Assembly: GCA_034717975.1 (NCBI GenBank)
Contig: JAYEMF010000135.1
Coordinates: 1 to 31,095 of the forward strand
Length of the DNA: 31,095 nt
From: Campylobacterota bacterium
GTDB lineage: Bacteria > Campylobacterota > Campylobacteria > Campylobacterales > Sulfurimonadaceae
Direction: 5' to 3'
Below the pieces are notes generated by a model. The model made no database searches, had not been told where the DNA came from, and saw nothing but the letters and a program-made list of their open reading frames with translations. A program made the position numbers and the translations under genes. This document shows, in pieces, positions 8,670 through 19,670 of this stretch (within the stretch, counting starts at the first letter, position 1; each line of letters opens with the position of its first letter).

Positions 8670-10490
8670 TTACTGTTCAGACAACACTATTCGGTTCCGT
8701 CCGGCTGCCTTTGCGTTATACAATGCAATATCCGCTTGCATTATAAGATCTGTGTCCGGATGAGATGGATCAAAGGTACTTACACCAAAACTGGCAGTAA
8801 TCAGTGTGTTGTCTATTTCAGGTATTTTAAGAGTCATAATATTTTTGCGAATACGCTCGCATAATTCCAATGCATGCGGCCCATCCAATTCGGGTAGTAT
8901 CAGAATAAACTCCTCGCCACCGTAGCGTCCACAAACATCTGAAGCACGTATATTCTCATTGAGCACATCGGCTATCGCAATAATCACCCTATCGCCGGCG
9001 GGGTGACCATAGTTGTCATTTATTTTTTTGAACCAATCAATATCCAACATGACGGTGGTAAGAGTATTGTTATAACGTATTGCAGCACTTTTCATTTGGT
9101 CGAGATGTTCTATTGAGGAATTATGGTTTAGCATACCTGTCATACTGTCACGGATAGCAAGTTCACGTAGCTGGTTGTTTTTTTCCTGCAATTCTTCAGT
9201 ACGCTTATCAACCAAAGATTCAAGCCCCTCATTGATTTGATGCAGGTATGCATTGGCTTTCACTATCGCTTTTTCTTTTTCATCGTGAAGCAAACTGATT
9301 CGATCAAACATCGCATACCCCAGCAGTATTACTTCAAATGTTGATCCTATCTGCATAGCATACGTCGTCAAAAATGTGCTTGGCAGTAAACCAAGATAGA
9401 GTAGTCCGGCAACAAAAACACCAAAAAGAAATACACCCCATGCAGCAAGAAAGTATAACGCAGGCTTGTATCCAAGCATCAAAGAACGTATTGCAGCGAT
9501 CAAAACAGCAGGAGGTAAAAGAAGACCGGTAATTGTCGACATTTGTACCGCAAAGGCATAACTGCCGAATATACTGATTAGCATAGAGATAACCGCACTA
9601 CTCATTAAGATGACGAAGAACACTTTTATATAAAAATGTCTACGATTCCATATCTGTAAGAAGCTGCCGGAGAAAAGTAATCCACCAAGAACAACAAAGC
9701 TTACAAGGACAGTGGTCACACGACTGGTGAACCAAGGCAATTCCGGCCACAGGTATTGGTAACTTAAGCCATTTAGTGATAGCTGGAACAGCAGATAACT
9801 CAATAAATAGATCGCATAATAGATAAAGAGCCTATCGCGAATTTTGATAAAGGCCACCAATGCTGCCAGCATCAATAGCATCATGGTCCCATAATAGCCG
9901 CCAAAAATGAAATTGACAGTATCAATATGCTCAATAAATGTGCTGGATGTCCATAGTGACAGCGGTATTTGTATAGAACCTTGAGATTCAAGGCGCATAT
10001 AGTAGTCACGATGCTCTCCTGCATGTTGCGGAAGCTTGAACAGGTAGTTACGATACTGTATATCTCTCATTGCAAAGGGAAGTGTATCGCCGGTTTTTCT
10101 TACAGAAAATTCACCTTCTCCATCCGGAACAAAAAGCGTTACATTATCAAGTAAAGGATACTCAAGTTCCAATAAGAGAGCGTCAGATGATGAGTCGTCG
10201 ACATTCAGGGAAAAACGTACCCAGTATGCAGACTTGGAAAAACCGAAGCTATTACCGATCTCAGAGACCGGCTGAAAAGCATACTGCTTTTCAGGATCAG
10301 TGATATTATCAATGCTCAAGCTATGATCAGGATCAATCAATATTTCAATGTGAGGAGAGAGGTCCAGCTTGTTTATGTCTGCATCGAACTGTGCAGCTGT
10401 CACTGTTGTACCGGCAACAAGTACACCTTCACTCAATATCAGTAATGTGACTAATAAGAAGATGATTTTTGATTTTAAAAAATAAATCAT
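8670..10490 (-). CDS. 7TM-DISM sensor diguanylate cyclase
   Basis: 7TMR-DISMED2 (FGFSKSAYWVRF, LEYPLLD), 7 TM helices, coiled coil, GGDEF domain with RASD I-site and RYGGEEF; ATG 10490 has a GGTGA RBS. Confidence 0.92.
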   Translation of the reverse strand: MIYFLKSKIIFLLVTLLILSEGVLVAGTTVTAAQFDADINKLDLSPHIEILIDPDHSLSIDNITDPEKQYAFQPVSEIGNSFGFSKSAYWVRFSLNVDDSSSDALLLELEYPLLDNVTLFVPDGEGEFSVRKTGDTLPFAMRDIQYRNYLFKLPQHAGEHRDYYMRLESQGSIQIPLSLWTSSTFIEHIDTVNFIFGGYYGTMMLLMLAALVAFIKIRDRLFIYYAIYLLSYLLFQLSLNGLSYQYLWPELPWFTSRVTTVLVSFVVLGGLLFSGSFLQIWNRRHFYIKVFFVILMSSAVISMLISIFGSYAFAVQMSTITGLLLPPAVLIAAIRSLMLGYKPALYFLAAWGVFLFGVFVAGLLYLGLLPSTFLTTYAMQIGSTFEVILLGYAMFDRISLLHDEKEKAIVKANAYLHQINEGLESLVDKRTEELQEKNNQLRELAIRDSMTGMLNHNSSIEHLDQMKSAAIRYNNTLTTVMLDIDWFKKINDNYGHPAGDRVIIAIADVLNENIRASDVCGRYGGEEFILILPELDGPHALELCERIRKNIMTLKIPEIDNTLITASFGVSTFDPSHPDTDLIMQADIALYNAKAAGRNRIVLSEQ

Positions 10491-10660
10491 ATGGTTCACC
10501 CACCTGTTTGGTTTTAAAAGAAATTTTATCTTTTGATATATTATATTATATTTTAACACAATATAACTATAATCTCAACTTTATCGTTTAGTTGTTTTTT
10601 TAAGGTTTCGTATAAACTTTTCAAAACTAATGTTTGATGAGATTTTTGAATATATATAAC

Positions 10661-10702
10661 TTGATCTATATCGATGACAATTAATATCAGCATAGGTACA
10701 AT
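10661..10702 (+). promoter_or_regulatory. Crp/Fnr-type class II promoter: TTGAT-N4-ATCGA box plus TACAAT -10
   Basis: Box 10661-10674 matches TTGAT-N4-ATCAA at 9/10. With TACAAT (10697-10702) placed at -12..-7 the box centre falls at -41.5. Confidence 0.6.
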
Positions 10703-10728
10703 ACCGCGATTAGATTTAGGAGAAAAAA

Positions 10729-10875
10729 ATGGTTGACAAAGCCTGTAATAATGAAAAATGTATGAAACACGAAGAGTGCGCACGTTATGAAGCGTGGCTA
10801 AAAGGTGATCAGAACTATAAAACGTTTAAGGGTAATGAGAAAAAGGCGTGTGGGCAGTTTATACAGAAAAAGTAA
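10729..10875 (+). CDS. 48-aa Cys-rich miniprotein (C-x4-C-x5-C-x23-C), not in the ORF track
   Basis: AGGAG RBS; MVDKACNNEKCMKHEECARYEAWLKGDQNYKTFKGNEKKACGQFIQKK*. Confidence 0.75.
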   Translation: MVDKACNNEKCMKHEECARYEAWLKGDQNYKTFKGNEKKACGQFIQKK

Positions 10876-10982
10876 TTATATAGAAGCAAATCAATGGTCC
10901 TGTAGGTGCTCTTTATTTATTGCCTCCAAAAAGATCAATACGGCATAAATGCTAATAATCCAGATTGGTTTATCCGGTGAGT

Positions 10983-11246
10983 TCATGGCAAATAGCTCAT
11001 TTTATGTACTAAATAAAGTATAACAAATCTGCCTGTCACTATGCCTATTATTGAATAAACAGCCATTGAGCCGTACATAAGAAAGAGTGTCCCCAAAAAT
11101 ATACTTAGCACAGAAAAACGCAATGGAAAAGTCAAATAAAATGAAACTTTACGCCTCTTTCCAAGGTTTGCAAGTTGAAAATAGAGATGAGAAAAATAGA
11201 AGATCGCGATAACATTGCCGATAATAAAAAAAAGTATCTCTTTCAT
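10983..11246 (-). CDS. atpR: N-ATPase subunit AtpR
   Basis: 87-aa, 3-TM protein with two membrane Arg residues (LRF, GRF); directly follows atpQ. Confidence 0.75.
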   Translation of the reverse strand: MKEILFFIIGNVIAIFYFSHLYFQLANLGKRRKVSFYLTFPLRFSVLSIFLGTLFLMYGSMAVYSIIGIVTGRFVILYLVHKMSYLP

Positions 11247-11522
11247 TTTTTATAAATAAAAACTCTCCAGATAGAGTAAAGGGCAATAAAAAGCCCCAAA
11301 ATAATGAATGTAACGGTCCAGGAGACACTGCCTGCGCTCACCTCTATGTTTTTATCCAGATGATTGCCGATATAACCGCCGATAACCATAGGCAGAGCCA
11401 CCATCCATCCTATCGCACCGACAATAACGACAGTTTCCCAGAATATACCTTTTTTACGCCATTTTTGCATCCATGACGCTTTTTTGCCGATATGTTCTTT
11501 AAAGCTGTTTTTCTCCTCGTTG

Positions 11523-11536
<14 letters not shown>
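11243..11536 (-). CDS. atpQ: N-ATPase AtpQ (AtpZ/AtpI family)
   Basis: GAIGWMVALPMVIGGYIGNHLD...SWT motif; follows atpC. Confidence 0.85.
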
Positions 11537-13287
<1,751 letters not shown>

Positions 13288-13304
13288 TTAAAACTTAGAT
13301 AGTT

Positions 13305-13314
13305 TATTATAACC
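13305..13314. promoter_or_regulatory. Overlapping divergent -10 elements between atpD and atpB
   Basis: Minus strand GGTTATAAT (TATAAT at 13311-13306); plus strand TATTAT/TATAAC at 13305-13313, central in the 80-bp spacer. Confidence 0.5.
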
Positions 13315-13349
13315 TAACAAGTGAAAAAAACAACAGGTGCAAAAAAGAG

Positions 13350-14057
13350 ATGATTAGCCAGGTTTTTCCCGAAGCTGTATTGACCTTTAAGATTATAGGT
13401 TTGGATGTTGTTGTAACCGATACCGTAGTGACAACATGGATCATTATGATTGTTTTGGCATTTTGTTCTTTTTTAATAACCAAAAATCTTTCTGTTTCAA
13501 GTCCGTCAAAACTGCAGTTGTTTGCTGAAAGAGTTGTTGTTGCCATAAAAAATGCCCTCGGGATTTCTCTTAAGATCCCGGCGTGGGCATTAGTGCCTTT
13601 TATCGGCACTCTATGGATCTTTGTGGGCTTTATGAATCTTATATCGCTTATCCCCTATTTTCATAACCCGACCAGAGACCTGAGCACGACGGCTGCACTC
13701 GCTGTCATTGCATTTTTTTCTATTCACTACTACGGTATCCGATTCGGCGGATGGCGAAACTACCTGAAACGCTATATTGAGCCCTCGGTCTTTTTGCTCC
13801 CCTTCAATCTTTTCGGGGATGTTTCAAGAATCTTTGCGATGGCGATACGGCTTTTTGGTAATATGCTGAGCTGGGAACTGATCATAGCTATTTTGATTGT
13901 CCTTGCCGGATTTTTGGTACCGGTTCCGATGATATTGCTCAGCATTGTAGGTGATCTGCTGCATGCCTACCTTTTCGGACTGCTCACCTACATCTTTATC
14001 CTGGGCGGGATACAGGCGGAACAAATCGAATCATCACAGGAGAAAAAACATGGATAG
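13350..14057 (+). CDS. atpB: N-ATPase a subunit
   Basis: PTRDLSTTAALA; essential Arg in AIRLFGNM. Confidence 0.95.
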   Translation: MISQVFPEAVLTFKIIGLDVVVTDTVVTTWIIMIVLAFCSFLITKNLSVSSPSKLQLFAERVVVAIKNALGISLKIPAWALVPFIGTLWIFVGFMNLISLIPYFHNPTRDLSTTAALAVIAFFSIHYYGIRFGGWRNYLKRYIEPSVFLLPFNLFGDVSRIFAMAIRLFGNMLSWELIIAILIVLAGFLVPVPMILLSIVGDLLHAYLFGLLTYIFILGGIQAEQIESSQEKKHG

Positions 14058-14316
14058 CATGACGATCATTATTGCCGTTTCAATCATTACAGCCGGTCTG
14101 ACCATCGCGATCGGCGGGTACGGACCTTCACGAGGAGAGGCCGATGCGCTGACAAAAGCGATAGAGACCATCGGACGGCAGCCCGAGTCGGCCAATGATA
14201 TTACACGCCTGCTCTTTGTCGGGATGGCGATGGTCGAGTCGGTGGCGATCTACGCACTGGTGATCGCACTGATCATCCTCTTCGCCAATCCGCTGCTCAG
14301 CTATGTGATCGAGTAG
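14050..14316 (+). CDS. atpE: N-ATPase c subunit
   Basis: RQPE loop; two-carboxylate site E30 plus E63 (ESVAIY); ILFANP; AGGAG RBS. Confidence 0.95.
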   Translation: MDSMTIIIAVSIITAGLTIAIGGYGPSRGEADALTKAIETIGRQPESANDITRLLFVGMAMVESVAIYALVIALIILFANPLLSYVIE

Positions 14317-14324
14317 AAACCCGT

Positions 14325-15074
14325 ATGTTTAACTGGTGGACCTTCTTTTTCCAGGTCATAAATTTTTTTATTGTCCTCTTTATTCTCTATCGACTCTTTT
14401 TCAATCCTTTGAAACGTGTCATTCAAAAAAGAGAAGAAGCGATCAGCCAGCGCATGAAAAAGCTGGAAGAGGGTGAAAAACACGTCGAAGAAGAGAAGGA
14501 ACGCTATCAGGAAAAAATGGATGAGTTGCAAACGCTTCGGGAGAAAAAGCTTGACGAAGTAAAAAAAGAGGCTTTGATCGAAAAGGATATCCTGATGAAA
14601 GAGGCCGACAAGGAGATCGCAAAAGCGTATGAAAAACAGAGCGGTATTATCGATCAGGAACGGAAAAAATTTGAAAAAGAGATCAGGCAAAAAAGCCTGG
14701 AGTTCAGCATCCATTACACTGAAAAACTGCTCAATGAGGTGAGCGACAAGCTGTTGCACCAAAAACGTATCGATCAGTTTCTGCAGGCGTTGCCCCAAAG
14801 CAATGCGAAAGAGATCGCGTTGTTGAAAGAAGAGCTTGCCGGCAAAGCTTGTGAAGTCATGCTCTATACCCCTTTTAACCTGCAAGAGACGACGAATCAG
14901 AAGATAAAAGAGACTATAGGCCGACTCCTTCAATGCAACTCGGTTGTGCTGCAGAGTGTTCAGGATGTCTCTTTGATAGGCGGAATCCGTCTTGCCATCA
15001 AAAATAAAATTCTCGATGCCTCCATCAAAGGAGAATTGGAGCGGTTCAAAGAGCAGATGGAAAACGAGCTGTAG
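14325..15074 (+). CDS. atpF: N-ATPase b subunit with fused delta-like C-terminus
   Basis: WWTFFFQVINF TM anchor, coiled coil, SLIGGIRL...LDASI tail; no separate atpH. Confidence 0.92.
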   Translation: MFNWWTFFFQVINFFIVLFILYRLFFNPLKRVIQKREEAISQRMKKLEEGEKHVEEEKERYQEKMDELQTLREKKLDEVKKEALIEKDILMKEADKEIAKAYEKQSGIIDQERKKFEKEIRQKSLEFSIHYTEKLLNEVSDKLLHQKRIDQFLQALPQSNAKEIALLKEELAGKACEVMLYTPFNLQETTNQKIKETIGRLLQCNSVVLQSVQDVSLIGGIRLAIKNKILDASIKGELERFKEQMENEL

Positions 15075-16589
15075 ATGGATAGCAAAGAGATTGTCGAGAA
15101 AACGTTCGATACCCTGTATCAGGCAGCAGAGCAAGAGAGAGAAATATTCACTGCAAAAGAAGAGGGATATATCTCCAACGTCGGTGACGGCATCATCGAA
15201 GTCAAAGAACTCCCTAATGTCGCCTATTTCGAGCTTCTGGAACTCCCCCATAATCTTTTTGCCCTCGCACTCAATATCAAACAGGAATCGGTTCAGGCCA
15301 TTGTTCTGGGAGAGTATACGCTGCTCAACGTCAAAGACCGTGTCAGATACACCAACAAAAGCGTCTCGATCCCAGTCGGGTATGAGCTGCTAGGGAAGGT
15401 AGTCGATCCCCTGGTCTTTACATTGGATGAGCAGCGGCCGATAGTGACGAAGGAAAGCTATTCCATTGAACAGGAGGCCATACCGCTGATGCAGAGAGAT
15501 TTTGTCAAAGAACCTCTCTATACCGGCATAAAGATTGTCGATGCAATGATCCCTATTGGAAAGGGTCAAAGAGAGCTTATTATCTCGGATTCCTCTCTGG
15601 GTAAAACATCGATAGCAGTCGATACGATCATCAATCAAAAAGCAGAAGATGTCATCTGTGTTTATGTCTCTATCGGGCAGAGAAAAACGCAGATCGCCCG
15701 GGCGATCGATGATCTGAAACGTTATGACGCCCTCTCGCATACAGTAGTGGTCGCAGCATCGGCAGATGCTTCTGCCGGTATGAAGTTCATCGCTCCCTAT
15801 TCCGGATGTGCCATTGCCGAATACTTCAGGGACCAAGGCAAAGATGTACTGATCGTCTATGATGATCTCACCAAACATGCCGATGCCTACCGAAGCATCT
15901 CTTTGCTACTTGAGATACCACCCGGACGCGAAGCATACCCCGGAGATATCTTTTTTATCCATTCACGCCTTTTGGAGCGGGCCGGAAAAAGGGACGACAA
16001 CTATAAAGGGGGCTCCATTACCGCACTTCCTATCATCGAAACACAGGCAGGGAGGATCTCCGACTATATCCCCACCAATCTTATATCGATAACGGACGGC
16101 CAGATCTACCTTGACAGAGAGCTTTTCAACAAAGGGTTTTTACCGGCCATCGATATTGGCCGCTCAGTATCGCGTATCGGCGGTAAAGCACAGTCAGCTG
16201 CGCTGAAAAAGATGGCGGTAAAACTCAAACTTGACTATGCCCAGTTTTTGGAAGTTGAAATATTTACAAAGTTTGGTACAAAAGTAGAAAAGGAGACGCA
16301 AAAGTTGATCGACAGGGGACGGGCGTTGAGGGCTGCACTTAAGCAGAAGCGTTTCGAACATATCAGCATGCCGGAGCAGGTTGTCATCTTTTTTTTGAGT
16401 AATGAAGGATATCTGCAGGTGTTGCCTTTAACGGAAATAGAAGCGTTCATAGAAAAATTTATACTTCTGGTCAAAAAGAAATATCCTGATATTCTGGGCA
16501 CTATCGACGCAACAAAAGAGATCAATAATGAGCTGACTGAACACCTGCAGGTTGCCGCGGACGAGTTTTCAAAAGTGTGGCACCGATGA
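15075..16589 (+). CDS. atpA: N-ATPase alpha subunit
   Basis: PIGKGQRELI, PPGREAYPGDIF, ISITDGQI, SVSRIGG. Confidence 0.96.
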   Translation: MDSKEIVEKTFDTLYQAAEQEREIFTAKEEGYISNVGDGIIEVKELPNVAYFELLELPHNLFALALNIKQESVQAIVLGEYTLLNVKDRVRYTNKSVSIPVGYELLGKVVDPLVFTLDEQRPIVTKESYSIEQEAIPLMQRDFVKEPLYTGIKIVDAMIPIGKGQRELIISDSSLGKTSIAVDTIINQKAEDVICVYVSIGQRKTQIARAIDDLKRYDALSHTVVVAASADASAGMKFIAPYSGCAIAEYFRDQGKDVLIVYDDLTKHADAYRSISLLLEIPPGREAYPGDIFFIHSRLLERAGKRDDNYKGGSITALPIIETQAGRISDYIPTNLISITDGQIYLDRELFNKGFLPAIDIGRSVSRIGGKAQSAALKKMAVKLKLDYAQFLEVEIFTKFGTKVEKETQKLIDRGRALRAALKQKRFEHISMPEQVVIFFLSNEGYLQVLPLTEIEAFIEKFILLVKKKYPDILGTIDATKEINNELTEHLQVAADEFSKVWHR

Positions 16590-17434
16590 GTACCTCTTTA
16601 CGTTTGACAAAGAAACTCAAAAGCACAGAAGAGATCGAAGAGATCGTCTCATCGATGAAGGTATTTGCAAATTTCAATGTCCAGAGTGCCAAACACAAGC
16701 TCCCCTATTTGCGTGCTTATCAAAGGAGTATTGAGGATGGGATAGGGGATATTGTCACGATTTTCCCGAATCTGATAAAAATTGAAGAGATCCTGCCCCG
16801 GAAAACGATCTATGTCCTCTTTCTGTCTGAAGAGGGGCTCTGCGGTTTTTTCAACGAAAATATCCTCAATTTTTTCAATGCCATTCCCAAAGAGAGCCAC
16901 ACGGCTGTCGTCATAGGTGAAAAAGGTGCAGACGAAGCAAAAGCGCAAAAGCTCTCTTGCGGCAAATATCTTAAAGGTGCGTCTAATGTTGAAGCCATTG
17001 ACACCTATACCATAGAGCTCTCTGCCTATTTAAATGATCTGGTTGCAAAAGAAAATTTGAGTGCTCTGAACCTGGTCTATGCGAAACATAACGATCAGGG
17101 CAGCTATGATGTCGTCAACAAAAAAGTCCTGCCGCCGGATTTTTCAAAGCTCCATAAAGAGTCCATAAAAAAAGAGCCGCTTTTATATCTTGAAAGCCAT
17201 GAGATACTGAATGTTTTGATCAAGGAGTATCTTCATACCTCATGCTACAGGGCATTTCTCGAATCGGTTGCCAGCGAAAACCAGGAGAGGCTGAGCAGCA
17301 TGATCCATGCAGGAAGCGCCATCAAGGAGAGGAAGAAGACAATGAAACTCGAACTCAACTCCCTTCGGCAAAAAGAGATCACGGAAGAGTTGCTGGAAAC
17401 AGTAAATACCTATCGTTCAATGATAAAAAAATAG
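16586..17434 (+). CDS. atpG: N-ATPase gamma subunit
   Basis: IVSSMK, SEEGLCGFFN, ASENQERLSSM, RQKEITEEL; ATGA overlap. Confidence 0.93.
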   Translation: MSTSLRLTKKLKSTEEIEEIVSSMKVFANFNVQSAKHKLPYLRAYQRSIEDGIGDIVTIFPNLIKIEEILPRKTIYVLFLSEEGLCGFFNENILNFFNAIPKESHTAVVIGEKGADEAKAQKLSCGKYLKGASNVEAIDTYTIELSAYLNDLVAKENLSALNLVYAKHNDQGSYDVVNKKVLPPDFSKLHKESIKKEPLLYLESHEILNVLIKEYLHTSCYRAFLESVASENQERLSSMIHAGSAIKERKKTMKLELNSLRQKEITEELLETVNTYRSMIKK

Positions 17435-17476
17435 ATTATTGACTTTTGGAGAGCATTCAACATGTTCATACTTAAT

Positions 17477-17941
17477 TTACGGAATATCATGGCCATTCAG
17501 GCCATACTCCATAATGGTAATAATATTTAATGCATCGATTATATGCATCTCGCTGTCGACTACTGGAATAGTTTTTTTGACTGTTTTGCCGAACATCTTT
17601 CTCCTGGCTTCTTCAAGGGTCTCATCCTCCGTGCAGTAAACGACATCCCTCTCCATTATATCTTTGGCATGTTCTGCGGTCAGGTAGTGCAGGATGCTTG
17701 ATGATGGGTGAAAACCACAGCTTGGAGAGATCTCTTCATGAAAAAAATGTTGTGCCAGTTTGCCTGTAGTGATAATACCCTGAAGTGTGTTTTTTGCATC
17801 AACAACATAAACGACTCTCTCCTCTTTTTCGGTAAGCATCTTTTTCAAAACTTCCAAAATTGTATTGCTTTCATTGACAATGACCGTCCGAAAGGGATTT
17901 TCAAACTTTTGCAGAAACTCTCTTACTGTTATCTTTTTCAT
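17477..17941 (-). CDS. CBS domain-containing protein
   Basis: Two CBS repeats (VYVVD...LQGIIT; AKDIM...IPVVD); ATGA-coupled to the antiporter. Confidence 0.88.
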   Translation of the reverse strand: MKKITVREFLQKFENPFRTVIVNESNTILEVLKKMLTEKEERVVYVVDAKNTLQGIITTGKLAQHFFHEEISPSCGFHPSSSILHYLTAEHAKDIMERDVVYCTEDETLEEARRKMFGKTVKKTIPVVDSEMHIIDALNIITIMEYGLNGHDIP

Positions 17942-19167
17942 TTGGGCTCCTTTGCTTCTCCGGCTTTAAAGAGGGCTATTTTCAGCAAAAACGGTCCTAC
18001 TATCTCATTAATAGCGGTTGCAGCGATAACCGTGTTTAACACAAGCGGACCTATCTTGCTGAAATCCGGATTATGGTAGAGCATCAGTGCCAGTCCGATG
18101 GCAACGCCGGCCTGTGGCATCAGTGCCATACCTGTATACTTTTTTATCATTGGTTCGGCATTGGAAATCCTGGCGCCAAACCAGCTGCCAAGCATCTTTC
18201 CAATGATTCGCAGCAGTACATACAGCAAGGCAATTGGCCAGACTTCAGCCAGTACCTTAAGTTCTACGCTTGCTCCGGAGAGGATAAAAAAGAATACAAA
18301 TATGATCTCTTCAAAATGCTCTTGAATCACCTGGAAAACTTCATCTGATTTTTTCGTTTTATTGACAAGTATAACCCCATATGCCATACAGACAAGTAAT
18401 CCGTCAAGTGCAAAGTGCTCTGCCGATGCATAAATAATGAGCAGCACGCCAATCGTCGAAATAATAAGACTGCCCTCTTTGGTAATAGTATTGATGTGAC
18501 GTGCCTGGAGCCATCCTGCAGTAATACCAAATACAAGTGAAAAAAATATCGTAAAGAGAGGTTCAAGCAGTGTAAGAAAATGATTGTTACCGTCACCTCC
18601 CTGAATGAGGGCGGCAACCGAAAGGACCAGCGAGAAGTTGATTAGTGCTATTGCATCATCTGTTGCCACGATACCAAGCAGGGTTGTCGTAAGAGGTCCT
18701 TTTGCCCGGTATTCGTGCATGACTGCCAAAACGGCTGCAGGTGCTGTTGCAGCACTGATGGCACCCAGAAAAAGCGCCATTAAAAGATATTCTTTCCAGC
18801 TTTCAGACGCCAAGTAGTCCAAAGCTATAAAGGGCAAACAGAAAAATAATCCCAATGCAACGAGTGCAAATGCTGTTTCGGATTCACTGAGCATCATACT
18901 TAAAATAGTCTTTTCAAGTTTTTTTATCTTCTCATATTTCAGTGAACCCCCGATCATAAAAGCGATCATCGAAAGAGCAAAATGGACGATTGTTTCGGTT
19001 TCGCAGAGAAAAGATTCAGGTAGAATATGCGTGACTGACGGACTCAGCACAATACCGATAAGGATATAGCCTGTGACTTTTGGCAGTCTGAAACGCTCAC
19101 TTACAATGCCGGCTACGTAGCCTACGACCAGCAGCAGACCAATCCAAAAAAGGTTATCTATAACCAT
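17938..19167 (-). CDS. Cation:proton antiporter (Na+/H+ or Kef-type, CPA)
   Basis: LPKVTGYILIG, ATAPAA, GIVATDD, RIIGK, PQAGVAIGL; ATG 19167 has a GAGGGG RBS. Confidence 0.9.
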   Translation of the reverse strand: MVIDNLFWIGLLLVVGYVAGIVSERFRLPKVTGYILIGIVLSPSVTHILPESFLCETETIVHFALSMIAFMIGGSLKYEKIKKLEKTILSMMLSESETAFALVALGLFFCLPFIALDYLASESWKEYLLMALFLGAISAATAPAAVLAVMHEYRAKGPLTTTLLGIVATDDAIALINFSLVLSVAALIQGGDGNNHFLTLLEPLFTIFFSLVFGITAGWLQARHINTITKEGSLIISTIGVLLIIYASAEHFALDGLLVCMAYGVILVNKTKKSDEVFQVIQEHFEEIIFVFFFILSGASVELKVLAEVWPIALLYVLLRIIGKMLGSWFGARISNAEPMIKKYTGMALMPQAGVAIGLALMLYHNPDFSKIGPLVLNTVIAATAINEIVGPFLLKIALFKAGEAKEPK

Positions 19168-19245
19168 CAACCCCTCTTTTTTACTTTTATAAATATTTTT
19201 GAATGGAGCAACAGACTCCAAAAACAGCGGTTGCCAGTATCGAAA

Positions 19246-19455
19246 TCAATAATAATCGTATTTACCTGCTTCGATATCTTCTTTTATCTCATCAAGTACT
19301 TCCTGCACGATCTGCAATAGCATCTTTGCCGCTTCATTGTCATCTGCTTCTGGCACATCCCAGTCAGTAATCTTCATATTTGCTTTAAACAGAAGATCTA
19401 CTGCTTTTCTTATCTCTGCTCTTCTGCTTTGCAGCTCTTTTTGTATTATATCCAT
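19246..19455 (-). CDS. Small conserved-looking hypothetical protein
   Basis: AAGGA RBS, extended -10-like TGTTAAAAT upstream; helical acidic 69 aa containing ITDWDVPEADD. Confidence 0.75.
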   Translation of the reverse strand: MDIIQKELQSRRAEIRKAVDLLFKANMKITDWDVPEADDNEAAKMLLQIVQEVLDEIKEDIEAGKYDYY

Positions 19456-19670
19456 TTTTTTTCCTTTAAATTTATTGATATCCTCTATTTTAACATGTAT
19501 AAACCAGAAAAGAGAACGAACTTTAAAATGCTGAAAAAGACATATAATTCAGTGTCATTCCGATAAATACCAGCTTGGAAGCTGAAGTGAAGATGCTCGA
19601 AGGTGTAAGTCAGCGTAAAGAGCGGAGTGAAGCAGTTCCCTTGGTTCGATTTCATTTATATTAATGCCTT

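Noticed and set aside
14301..15251. 316-aa antisense ORF and other long antisense ORFs (e.g. 23739-24380, 26220-26756)
   Set aside because: Shadows of well-supported genes on the opposite strand, with no motifs of their own.
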